Assembly (NCBI GenBank): GCA_048213135.1
Contig: PS015010.1
Span: 248,001 to 312,000 of the forward strand
DNA from: Reclinomonas americana ATCC 50394
Taxonomy: Eukaryota
DNA: 64,000 nt
Direction: 5' to 3'
Shown here piece after piece: positions 17,956-28,057 of this stretch (the stretch's first letter is position 1; every line of letters starts with the position of its first letter). The position numbers and the translations under genes were made by a program. The notes under the pieces are model-generated. The model was not told the DNA's origin, did no database searches, and worked only from the letters and a program-made list of their open reading frames with translations.

Positions 17956-19731
17956 TTATTTGGTTATGCTGGCAGTGGTGCCATTCTTTTCAAATTGCAG
18001 GTAATTCAGGTTGTATCCTCCTTTCGCGGCGAGCACGCGAAGGGTATTCCATCCTTTGCTGAACCTGATGTTCCTGATGGTGCTGGTCTGCCACTGGTAC
18101 CAGCCTCCCGAAACGGGAACGGTGAGTGCAGCGCCTGCGGGCTCATTGTTAAGTATAAGCTGAATTTTGCCTTCTGTGTAACGCGAGGCGGTGCGTACAT
18201 GTACATCGTATATACCTTCCTCGGCCGCGTACAGGCTGTATTGCAGCCATTCGCCATCCTGTATCCAGCCTACGCTGTAGCCATTGGAGATGTCGTCTTT
18301 GGAAGACTCAATATCCACACCGTCGTTGCGGTATTGTCCGCCGGTATTGCCGGGCGTGCGTACCTGGGTAAGCGACCAGTAATCGGCGGAGTCTTTATCG
18401 TGGTAAGCGATACCGCTTCTGCCCATATCGTAATCGGCTGCGTAAATAACAGTGCCGGGTTTTAAGAGGTTGTCGTGGTAAGGTACAACGGCGCTGTTCT
18501 GTACCTGCCTGATCATAGCGTCTGTGACGTCGTGATGTACAATATTGTTGCGGGTGTTACTGTTAACCGCCAGTTCCATCAGCGACCGGAAAGCATAATC
18601 GGCATCGGGCCGCGGCCCTTCGCCTTTCCAGTAAGCGAGAATGGCTTTGTAACCCTCGCTGAGCTTTACCTGTAAAGGATTGTTGTACCCCGCTTTTTTT
18701 AACGGCCACATACACCAGCCTACATTATTTCTTTCAAAAAGACGTACGGCGTCGGTAAACCAGGCATTGGAATTCTCCCCGGTTTCACCCAGCCATAAAG
18801 GAACGTTGTATTTTTCGCGGTACTCAAGAAAGGTTTTGATAGAACCATCATCGTTATTGTTCCAGTATTTATGAAAGCTCACGATCATGTTCTTATCCCA
18901 TAAAGGGAAGATGCCGTTGTAGTTATTGGCCCAGCAATTCCCTTCAATGAAGATGGCGTGTTTTTTATCGATCTTCCTGATCACGGTGGTTATATCCTGC
19001 AATAATTTTTTCAGCGGAATATTTCTTTTTTCTTTAGCGCCATTATTATCGGTAGGATCATCAAATCCCCAGTTGGGTTCATTGATGAGGTCATAACCAC
19101 CGATCCATTCTTTTTTAGCATAACGGGTAACCAGCTGTTTCCACAGCTCGATCGTTTTTTTGCGGTTGGCCTCACTTTGCCACAACGAAGGGGTAGAGGT
19201 GTCCCTGTCGGAGATGGCTACGTCGTTGCCTTGACCGCCTGGTGCGGCGTGAAGGTCGAGTATGAGGTAAATGTGGTTGGACTGGCACCAGCTCAGTAAA
19301 CTGTCGGTAAGTTGAAATCCTTTACTGAGCCAGGTATTTTTTCCTGCAACGGGTTCTTTGTCCACCGGCAGGGTAAATAAGTTATAGTGGAGGGGTAAGC
19401 GAACGGAGTTGAATCCCCAGGCAGCCAGGGAGTCGATATCTGCTTTGGTGCAATGGTTGTTAAGCCAGGCATCATAAAACTGTTGTGTATGGTCGTTGCC
19501 GATGAGTGAAGCGATCTTTTGCCTGATGTCGTACTGCGCCTTTGCAACGCCAATCAGCTGCAGCATATACGGTTCCTGCAACATCCAGCCGCCCAGTCCC
19601 ATGCCCCGCAAAAGAATCTCTTTACCGCTGGCCTCTTCAATACGCCGGCCGTTGGCTTTCAGGTAGTGCTGCTGTGCGTGCAGGCTGGTGCAAAAGAAGA
19701 TGATCAGTATGATTAAATACGGTCTTCGCAT
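17956..19731 (-). CDS. GH5 glycoside hydrolase with a C-terminal CBM6-like module
   Basis: LRGMGLGGW, DLHAAPGGQ, LINEP, FHKYW and LGETGE motifs; GWIQDGEWLQY...YNLNYLQF CBM. Confidence 0.9.
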   Translation of the reverse strand: MRRPYLIILIIFFCTSLHAQQHYLKANGRRIEEASGKEILLRGMGLGGWMLQEPYMLQLIGVAKAQYDIRQKIASLIGNDHTQQFYDAWLNNHCTKADIDSLAAWGFNSVRLPLHYNLFTLPVDKEPVAGKNTWLSKGFQLTDSLLSWCQSNHIYLILDLHAAPGGQGNDVAISDRDTSTPSLWQSEANRKKTIELWKQLVTRYAKKEWIGGYDLINEPNWGFDDPTDNNGAKEKRNIPLKKLLQDITTVIRKIDKKHAIFIEGNCWANNYNGIFPLWDKNMIVSFHKYWNNNDDGSIKTFLEYREKYNVPLWLGETGENSNAWFTDAVRLFERNNVGWCMWPLKKAGYNNPLQVKLSEGYKAILAYWKGEGPRPDADYAFRSLMELAVNSNTRNNIVHHDVTDAMIRQVQNSAVVPYHDNLLKPGTVIYAADYDMGRSGIAYHDKDSADYWSLTQVRTPGNTGGQYRNDGVDIESSKDDISNGYSVGWIQDGEWLQYSLYAAEEGIYDVHVRTASRYTEGKIQLILNNEPAGAALTVPVSGGWYQWQTSTIRNIRFSKGWNTLRVLAAKGGYNLNYLQFEKNGTTASITK

Positions 19732-19758
19732 ATGGCTGTACTCTCGGTTTTGAAAAGG

Positions 19759-19790
19759 AAAAAAGAGGGCGGATACCCGGTACCCGCCCT
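19759..19790 (-). terminator. Internal terminator/stabilising hairpin between susD and GH5
   Basis: Minus strand AGGGCGGGTAC-cgg-GTATCCGCCCT followed by CTTTTTT. Confidence 0.7.
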
Positions 19791-19857
19791 GTATCGTAAA
19801 ACATGAGAAAAACTGATATGAGAGGGGTTGGGAACAACCCTATCACGATTGCGTATA

Positions 19858-21366
19858 TCAGTAACCGTTATTTTGTTTCAGACCACCAGTCTTAACATCA
19901 TAATCAGGAATGGGTAACACTTCATGCTTGCCGGCTGAGAAGCCCAGCGGGGTCAGCTCTGAAGTCATGCCCCAGCGAACCAGGTCCTGGAAACGTACGC
20001 CTTCAAATGCCAGTTCCAGTTGCCTTTCGGTAACGATGGCGGTGAAAAGGGCGGCGCCTGTAGCGGTAACATCGGGCAGGCCACGTTTTTGCCTGATCTG
20101 GTTAATAAAGCCACGGGCCTTGGTTTCGTTGGTTTTGTAATTGGCTTCAGCTGCCATCAGCAATACATCTGAATAACGTATGAGCCTCCAGTTGGTGCCG
20201 TAGTTCAGCTCGCCGATTGGACCACCGGTCTGCGAAGTGAAGGAACCGTATTTACGCTGGAAATAGCCTTCATAGTCATAAGCTGTAGGATTGGTCCAGT
20301 TGCCACCGGCGGCGATGAGTTCGCCCTGTGACATGATGATCTCTTTCCTTCTCTGTACATCACCCGCGGCTATGAAAGCGTCCCAAAGTTTTTTCTTGGG
20401 CAGGTTGAAACCCCATCCTGCGTTCAGGGAATCGCCGGGCGCTTTGGTATAGAAGTCGCCACGCGGGCCCATCAGCTGGATATGGATATTACTTTCAGGA
20501 GCCGCTCCCCAGGGGAAGTTGCCCCAGTCGTAACTGCGGCCGGGTGTATAAGAAATCTCGAAAATGGATTCGCTTCCAAATTCACCCTGCGGTGAGAAAA
20601 TAGAACCGATGGTATTGCCTACGGAATAAGTTCCGGAGTTGATCACGAGATCAAACTGTGTGGCGGCCTCTGTCGTTTTTTGTTCGAACAGGTAGGTCTT
20701 GCCCAGCAACGCCTGCGCAGTTCCCTGAGATACGCGGAAGCGGTCGGCAACGGAATAGGCGGTTTTGTTAGGCAGATCGGGAATGGCTTCGGTCAGATCT
20801 TTTTCGATCTGCGCATACACGGCTGTTTTGGCAGTGCGCCCTGTTGAGGTGTATTGTGTTGGCGGGATATCGTTCAGTATCAGCGGCACATCACCCCATA
20901 GGGTCACGAGTTCGAAATAGTTATACGCCCTCAATACCTTGGCTTCGGCGATCAGTCGTTTGCGCAGGGGTGTACCGGCATCCGATTTATTGATCACTTT
21001 ATTGGCACGGTAAACAGCGAAGTAACACATGCGCCAGGCGTCTTTTACCTTGTCATTAGTCGCATCGAAATTGTAATTGTCGAGTGTCTGGTAACCGGGC
21101 TGATCACCGGCGTCGTTACCGCCTGCATTGCTTTCGTCGCTGAGCAGGGTTTTGATCATATAGATGCTGGCCCAGTTGCTGTTGTAGTGCGCCTGCATCA
21201 TATCATAGATGCCGGTCACGGCCTGGGTTACATCATTATCGGTTTTATAGAAGTCATCTTCCGGGTAGGCGCCGGGAACTTCCTGTGTAAGGAATTTTTT
21301 ACAACCACTTGTAATACCCGCTGCCAGCAGGCAGGCGAGTGATATTTTCAAAAATGTTGTTTTCAT
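19858..21366 (-). CDS. susD: RagB/SusD family glycan-binding lipoprotein
   Basis: Lipobox TSGC; EAKVLRAYNY, WGDVPL, IRYSDVLLMAAEA and ERQLELAFEG motifs. Confidence 0.95.
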   Translation of the reverse strand: MKTTFLKISLACLLAAGITSGCKKFLTQEVPGAYPEDDFYKTDNDVTQAVTGIYDMMQAHYNSNWASIYMIKTLLSDESNAGGNDAGDQPGYQTLDNYNFDATNDKVKDAWRMCYFAVYRANKVINKSDAGTPLRKRLIAEAKVLRAYNYFELVTLWGDVPLILNDIPPTQYTSTGRTAKTAVYAQIEKDLTEAIPDLPNKTAYSVADRFRVSQGTAQALLGKTYLFEQKTTEAATQFDLVINSGTYSVGNTIGSIFSPQGEFGSESIFEISYTPGRSYDWGNFPWGAAPESNIHIQLMGPRGDFYTKAPGDSLNAGWGFNLPKKKLWDAFIAAGDVQRRKEIIMSQGELIAAGGNWTNPTAYDYEGYFQRKYGSFTSQTGGPIGELNYGTNWRLIRYSDVLLMAAEANYKTNETKARGFINQIRQKRGLPDVTATGAALFTAIVTERQLELAFEGVRFQDLVRWGMTSELTPLGFSAGKHEVLPIPDYDVKTGGLKQNNGY

Positions 21367-21395
21367 TTTTATTTGATTTTGCAGTTGACGATGTT

Positions 21396-24300
21396 TTAGA
21401 AAGTGAAGGAAAGGCCGGCCATGGCTTTTCTTGGAATAGGATAACCGCCGCGGTCGATGCCGATGCTGTTACCGCCGTTGCTGCCGCCTTCAGGGTCCAC
21501 ACCTTTGTATTTGGTGAAGGTGAAGTAATCATCGAGCGATACATAGATGCGTGCATTCTTGATCCTGGCCCTGCTCAGTAAACGCTGTGGCAGTGTATAA
21601 CCCAGTTGCAGCTGGCGTATCCTGGCGAATGAACCGTTGAACACCATCAGGTCGCTGTTGTAAGCATACGGGTTGGATGTATTGGCCGCGAACCATTTGT
21701 TGGTGCTGCCTGCGCCTGTCCAGCGATCGTCATAGAAGAAAGTGGGTTTGTTGGCTGTGGAGCGGTCAGTACGGTTGAAGCCCATCAGGATGTCGTTACC
21801 GGCCTGGCCCTGTACGAATACCAGCAGGTCAAATCCTTTGTAAGCAAGGTTCACCCTACCGCCATAAAGGAATTTAGGATGCGGGCTGCCAATGCGGGTC
21901 ATGTCGGCGGGAGATATCTGTTTGTCGCCGTTCACATCCACAACGATAGGTTCGCCGGGCTTGGGGTTGTAACCGGTGATGCCGGTAGACGACAGGTAAG
22001 AGTTGATCTCGGCCTGTGTCTGGAAGATACCCTGTGTTTTGTAACCATTGAAATACCAGAGCGGGTTACCCACCTGCATGGCGGTAGCGCTCCAGCCTGT
22101 TCCTATGCCTGCTCCAAAAAGGATGGGCGTGTTCGGATCAAGATAGGTCACGGTGTTTTTAAGTGTTGAGAAGTTGAAACCTATTTCATAAGTCAGCGCG
22201 CTGCTGTTTTTAGGCCTGTTGCGGTAGCTGATGTCAAATTCAAAACCTTTGTTCTCTACATTACCTGCATTCACGGTGCGCAGTATGTTACCAGCGAATA
22301 AGGGTGCTACACCACCGGTGAGCAGGTCCTTTGTTTTTTCTGGTAGTAATCCATGGTTACATTGAGGCGGTTATCGAGGAAGCCCAGGTCAAGACCAATG
22401 TCGAATTGTTCGCCGGTTTCCCAGGTCAGCTGCGGGTAAGCAAGACTGGTGGGTGCTGCGCCAACGAGCAGACCGCCATTGGCATCGGGATAAATAAGAC
22501 CGGCACCAACGGAGTTGAGCCATTCGCCCAGGCCTACGCTTGACAGGCTGCCGTTCTGACCCCAACTGCCGCGGAGTTTACCATAGTTCATGATACGGCT
22601 AACAGCCTGCGGGAAGAAATTTTCTTTGGTAAATACCCAGCCTGCGGAGAAGGCAGGGAAGGTACCCCACTGGTAAGTAGGTGCAAAGAGAGAAGAGCCA
22701 TCCCTTCTTAAAGAAGCATTGAAGAGGTATTTGCCTTTGTAGTCATAAGACAGCCTGCCGTAGAAAGATGCCTGTGTTTTATCGAAGGCGATACTGCCGA
22801 TACGATCGGTGGCATCAGGCACGTAATCGGCATAAGAGAATTTATCTTCTTCTTTGAACAGCCCGGAGTAGCTGCCACCGATATGCTGTTCGTGTGTTTT
22901 TTGAGCGGATACACCGGCCAGCAGGCTGGCAGTGTGGTTGCCGAACTTACGCTGGTAGGTAGCGAAGTTCTCCCATTGCCAGGTAAACCAGTTGTTGCTG
23001 TAATCGTACCCGTTGGCAACGGTGTTCTGGCTTTCGTCGGAGAACCAGAAAGTAGGCGTCCAGCCGTGACCCACCTGGAAGGCGGCGTCTATGCCAAACC
23101 GTGAGGTGAACTTGAATCCTTTGATGGGCTCAATATCCACGAATACGTTACCCAGTATTTTGTTCTGAACGTTTTCGCCATGTGCCATATCGATACGTGC
23201 CAGCGGGTTACCATATTCACCTTTCAGGTAATTGGAAATACCGTACAGGTTGCCATTAGCGTCATAGCGCAGTGGTTTGCCGGCTGCGATGGCGTTCTGC
23301 ACATGCGTGGGCAGCGCCGATCCCTGCGGATAGATGGTTGGTGTTACGGGATCCATTACCAGCGCACTGGCCAGTATGGAACCGAATTCGTTGTTATCGG
23401 AAATAGCCTGCCTCCTGTGGTGGGAGTAGGTGAGCCTGTTGCCCACGGTGAGCCAGGGTTTGATGTGGTGATCGCTGTTGAAACGGGCGGTATACCTGCG
23501 GAAGCGGGATTTGTCGCCACCTACAATACCATCCTGTGTAAAGATATTGCCGCTTACCAGGTAAGTAGACTTGTCATTACCACCGCTGAAACTCAGTGTA
23601 TGGTGCTGCTGCATGGCATTTTGAAGGGTAGCATCAAGCCAGTCGGTGCCCTCGCCAATATTGGCCACATCGGCAGGCGTTGGTCGTCCGGGTACATTGG
23701 CTTCTTCCAGGTATTTCTGATACTGCTGGGCATTCATCATTTTAACGAAACCGTCTTTTACCGATTGCTGGCCGTACTGAACGGAGTAAGTAATATCGGA
23801 AGAGTTGCGTTTACCCGTTTTAGTGGTGATGATGATAACGCCATTGGAACCTTCAGAACCGTAAATAGCGGCAGAGGCACCATCTTTCAGTATTTCGATG
23901 GAAGCGATGTCGGAAGGATCCAGGGATTCGATACCTCCGGCTTTCAGCCCGTCTATAATATATAAGGGTTCTGAACTGCGGTTAGAGGCGGTACCGCGAA
24001 TGCGTATGCTGAGGCCCGCGCCCGGCTGACCGGATGTAGGCACTACCTGTACGCCGGCAGCTCTTCCCTGCAGGGCCTGGTCGATACGGGTGCTGGACAC
24101 CGTTGCCAGTTGTTCTGCTTTGATTGAGGAAATGGCTCCTGTTACCAGGGCTTTCTTTTGCTGGCCATAACCGAGTACTACAATTTCATTGAGGGTACCG
24201 GTACTGCCGTTGAGGGAAAAATTGATTACACCGGATTGGGATACGGTAGCTTCTTCCGTTTGCATGCCGGTAAAACTGATCACCAGTACGGAGCCCTTCT

Positions 24301-24499
24301 GCGGAACGGAAATGGTATACACACCATTTTTGTCGGTGGTAGTGGCCGTGGTCGTTCCTTTTACGGTAACGGTGGCGCCTGCCATAGGTTCGTTATTGAG
24401 GCGGGTGGTGACCTTGCCGGTTACGGAAAGGTTTTGTGCAATAGATTGACCAATGAGGAAGATGGTCAAACACACACTTAAAAGTGCAGTTTTTTTCAT
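21396..24499 (-). pseudogene. susC: SusC/RagA TonB-dependent transporter split by a 1-nt deletion in a homopolymer (real frameshift or sequencing error)
   Basis: ORFs 22307-24541 and 21396-22274 join as DYYQKKTKDLLTGGVAPLFAGNILRTVNAGNVENKG if one A is added to the A6 run (T6 at 22334-22339); plug motif ILKDGASAAIYGS; C-terminal Phe; ATG 24499. Confidence 0.88.
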
Positions 24500-24553
24500 A
24501 ATGCAATCGTTTAATGGTTTGGTTAAAGTCCGGGTGGCCATGGGGCCATTAGG

Positions 24554-24673
24554 CGAAAGTAAAGATAGAGCCAGTGGCAGGCGAAACCTTTTTTTTTAAT
24601 ACATCACCACTACATCATTTATTTTTAAAATGTTGATTTTCAATAATAATCGACTACATCATTACTACATCAT
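24554..24673 (-). promoter_or_regulatory. susC promoter region with two TACATCA-N4-TACATCA operator-like sites
   Basis: TACATCAccacTACATCAT (24600-24618) and TACATCAttacTACATCAT (24655-24673); -7-like TACTTTCG on the minus strand at 24554-24561. Confidence 0.7.
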
Positions 24674-24722
24674 GTTAAAGAATTGCCAATTTTTGATAGA
24701 ATTTTATTAATAGATTTACAAA

Positions 24723-27611
24723 ATGAAACGGTTGGCTATTGCTATCATTTTTTCCTGTCTTTTTTACGGACTGGGGGCCCAGAATACCATTGGCCTTCCG
24801 CTGATCATTAATTACAGTAAATACGACTTTAAGGCCGGTACGCAGACCTGGGATATTAAGCAGGACAGCAAGGGCATGATGTACTTTGCCAATAACGACG
24901 GGCTGGTGACTTTTGATGGCAAATACTGGAAGCTGTATCCAATTCCCAACAAAACCATCCTCCGTTCACTGGCCATCGATAAAAACGACAGGGTTTATGC
25001 AGGCGCCCAGAATGAACTGGGTTATTTTGCCCCCAATGCCAATGGTACCCTTTCTTATGTCTCCCTGAAAAACCTGATGCCCAAACCGCAGAATGAGTTT
25101 GCCGACATCTGGGACATTGAAATATTCGGAGAGTCGGTTTTCTTCCGGGCTACCGACCGCATCTTCGAACTGCGGAACAATACCATCCAGGTGTATTCCT
25201 CCACCACCGAATGGCGATTTCTTAAAAAGACAGGCGGACGCCTTTTTTCCCAGGACAAAACCAGCGGCTTGCTGGAATACCGCAATAATGGCTGGTACCC
25301 GCTCAATAACCAGAAACTGTTTATCGATAAACTGATATCGGGGATGTCGCCGGTGGGTAACGACAGTATTCTGGTGACCACCCTTAAGGACGGCGTATTC
25401 ATCATGCACAAGGATTCTGTTATTGCCCGGCATACCGATATTGACCCCGAACTGAAAAGCAGCCAGGTATATGTATCGGCCATGATGAACAGCAATGAAT
25501 TTGTAGCAGGCACCACTTCCAAAGGCTGTTTTATACTCAATACCAGTGGTAAGCTGGTGCAGCGCCTTTCCCATACGGAATCACTGCAGAATAATAACGT
25601 ACTCTGTGTTTACCTGGATAAGGATAAGAACCTGTGGGCAGGGCTCGACAACGGGATCAGCTTTATCGCTTATAATTCCGCCATTAAATACATACGTCCC
25701 AATAAGAGTAATGAACTGGCCAGTTATTCGGCACGCATATTTAATAACCAGCTGTATGTGGCCACATCAGACGGTACACATAAAGTAGCGCTTACCGGCG
25801 ACAACCGGGACTTCAGTTTCTGCAAGGGCGACTTTACGCAGATCCACAACAGCACCGGGCAGGTATGGCGGCTTGATGAAGTGAACCAGCAACTGCTGAT
25901 GGGATATAACGATGGCATATTTGTGATCCACAATGATGCTGCTGAACCGCTTGCGCAGGGAACCGGCGCCTGGCTGTTTGTGCCCACCAATTCTGTTTTT
26001 CCGGCTACCGATATTCTTGTGGGTACCTACACCGGTTTGCATATGCTGGGCTTTGCCGGCAACAATTTCAATGATGTGGGTAAGATGGATGGTCTGCCGG
26101 AATCCTTCCGCTTCCTGGCTATGGACAACAACGGCAACGTGTGGTCTTCACACCCGTACAGGGGTGTGTTCAGGATAAAACTGGTGGATAAGAAAAAGTA
26201 CGATGCCCAGTTATACACAGATAAGGACGGGCTGCCCAATTCACTGGGCAACTATGTATACCGTATCAAGAGCCGCGTGGTGTTTGCAACGGAAAAAGGC
26301 GTGTATGAATTTGATGAGGAGAAAAAGCGGTTTATCAAATCGCCTTTCCTGGGACCGGTATTCGGTAACATGGAAGTGCGCTACCTCACCGAAGATGCTG
26401 ATGGCAATATCTGGTTCTGCTCCGGTAAACAACTGGGCGTGGTTAACTTTAGCAGGCCGTCGGGTAATAAATCGTATACCATTACTTATTTCCCCGAAGT
26501 AACCGGGCAAATACTCACCGGGTTTGAGAATATCTATCCCTACAACAAAGAAAATATTTTTATCGGTTCCGAAAAAGGTGTTATTCATATCGATTATGCC
26601 AAGTATGTAACCAATAAACTGAAATTGTCGGTATTGCTGGGGCAGGTAAGGGCCATCGGGAAAACCGACAGTACCATATTTGGCGGATACACCGGCGGCG
26701 GAGATCCAAAGAAGCCCTTACGTCTTCCCAACGATTATAATTCTTTTCACTTCGAATACAGTTCGCCTTCTTATGGCTTGCAGAATAATATTGAGTACAG
26801 TTACCAGTTGATCGGGTATGATGAAAAGTGGTCGGCCTGGACAACGAGGACGGAAAAAGATTACACCAACCTGCCGTATGGGAAATATACATTCAGGGTT
26901 AAAGCGCACGATAACCTGGGCAATGAATCGGAACCCATCACGTATACTTTTGTAGTAAAGCCGGCATGGTACAATACAGTATGGGCCTACCTCCTGTACG
27001 TGTTGTTGCTGGCGCTGGGCGTATATGCGGTAAGAAGCTGGCAGAAGAAAAAACTGCATGCCCAGCAGGAACATTTCGATGAAGAACAGAAGCGACTGAA
27101 ATATATTCACCAGTTGGAACTGGAGAAAAATGAGAAAGAGATCATTAAACTGCAGAATGAAAAACTGGCCAACGAGGTAAGGTTCAAAAATAAGGAACTG
27201 GCCGACGCCAGTATGCACCTGGTGGAACGTGGTGATGCATTGGCCAAAATTAAAGATGAGCTGCAGAAACTCTATAAGAATACCGGCAATAACCACGATG
27301 TAAAAAAAGTAATGCAACTGCTCAATGATGCGGAGCGCAACAATGCCAACTGGGAACAGTTTGCTTCGCATTTTGATGAAGTAAACAATGATTTCCTCAA
27401 GAAACTGAAATCCCGTTTTCCTACTTTGTCCAATACGGACCTTAAAGTGTGTGCCTACCTGCAGTTGAACCTTTCCTCCAAGGAAATTGCACAATTGATG
27501 AATATCTCTGTCAGGGGTGTGGAAATCAGCCGTTACCGCCTTCGTAAAAAACTGCAGTTGCCCACTGAGCAAACCCTTAACGATTTCCTTAACAGCATTT
27601 CCGGTGACTGA
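24723..27611 (+). CDS. Membrane-spanning PUL regulator: periplasmic beta-propeller, Y_Y_Y domain, TM helix, LuxR-type HTH
   Basis: Signal peptide; propeller repeats; YSYQLIG...YTNLPYGKYTF (Y_Y_Y); PAWY plus TM; coiled coil; LSSKEIAQLMNISVRGVEISRYRLRKKL HTH; no kinase or receiver domain. Confidence 0.9.
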   Translation: MKRLAIAIIFSCLFYGLGAQNTIGLPLIINYSKYDFKAGTQTWDIKQDSKGMMYFANNDGLVTFDGKYWKLYPIPNKTILRSLAIDKNDRVYAGAQNELGYFAPNANGTLSYVSLKNLMPKPQNEFADIWDIEIFGESVFFRATDRIFELRNNTIQVYSSTTEWRFLKKTGGRLFSQDKTSGLLEYRNNGWYPLNNQKLFIDKLISGMSPVGNDSILVTTLKDGVFIMHKDSVIARHTDIDPELKSSQVYVSAMMNSNEFVAGTTSKGCFILNTSGKLVQRLSHTESLQNNNVLCVYLDKDKNLWAGLDNGISFIAYNSAIKYIRPNKSNELASYSARIFNNQLYVATSDGTHKVALTGDNRDFSFCKGDFTQIHNSTGQVWRLDEVNQQLLMGYNDGIFVIHNDAAEPLAQGTGAWLFVPTNSVFPATDILVGTYTGLHMLGFAGNNFNDVGKMDGLPESFRFLAMDNNGNVWSSHPYRGVFRIKLVDKKKYDAQLYTDKDGLPNSLGNYVYRIKSRVVFATEKGVYEFDEEKKRFIKSPFLGPVFGNMEVRYLTEDADGNIWFCSGKQLGVVNFSRPSGNKSYTITYFPEVTGQILTGFENIYPYNKENIFIGSEKGVIHIDYAKYVTNKLKLSVLLGQVRAIGKTDSTIFGGYTGGGDPKKPLRLPNDYNSFHFEYSSPSYGLQNNIEYSYQLIGYDEKWSAWTTRTEKDYTNLPYGKYTFRVKAHDNLGNESEPITYTFVVKPAWYNTVWAYLLYVLLLALGVYAVRSWQKKKLHAQQEHFDEEQKRLKYIHQLELEKNEKEIIKLQNEKLANEVRFKNKELADASMHLVERGDALAKIKDELQKLYKNTGNNHDVKKVMQLLNDAERNNANWEQFASHFDEVNNDFLKKLKSRFPTLSNTDLKVCAYLQLNLSSKEIAQLMNISVRGVEISRYRLRKKLQLPTEQTLNDFLNSISGD

Positions 27612-27725
27612 TTTGTTAAAATGGGGTATACGGCCTGTTAAATATTAGTCTATTTAACCAGTAGGCTGATATTTTGCAGTAGTTTAGCGGACGAAAGCTT
27701 CTTTAACATTTGAAAATCGCCAACT

Positions 27726-28052
27726 GTGAAAAAAATTATACCATTGGTAATCGCATTTACCGGCATACTGCATTTTGCCGGAACCGCACAGGAAAAGAAA
27801 ACACCTGCTGTAGTTAAGGGTGTTGTACAGGATGCCGCTACACGTGAACCCATAGCCAATGTGCATGTGTATATTGTAAAAGGAGAAGAAGAATCCATGA
27901 CCGATAACCGCGGTGCTTTTTCCATCAGGAGCTGGCAGACCTACCCGGTGCGCCTGCAGGCAGCCGCGAAGGGCTATGCTTCAAAAGAAGTACAGGTTAC
28001 CGGCGACAGGCAGCAGGTCGTGATCCTTTTATCGAAGACGGGACGAAACTAG
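27726..28052 (+). CDS. Small exported protein consisting only of a carboxypeptidase regulatory-like (SusC N-terminal extension type) domain
   Basis: Signal peptide, then VKGVVQDAATREPIANVHV...TDNRGAFSI...AKGY; GTG start. Confidence 0.7.
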   Translation: MKKIIPLVIAFTGILHFAGTAQEKKTPAVVKGVVQDAATREPIANVHVYIVKGEEESMTDNRGAFSIRSWQTYPVRLQAAAKGYASKEVQVTGDRQQVVILLSKTGRN

Positions 28053-28057
28053 CCACC

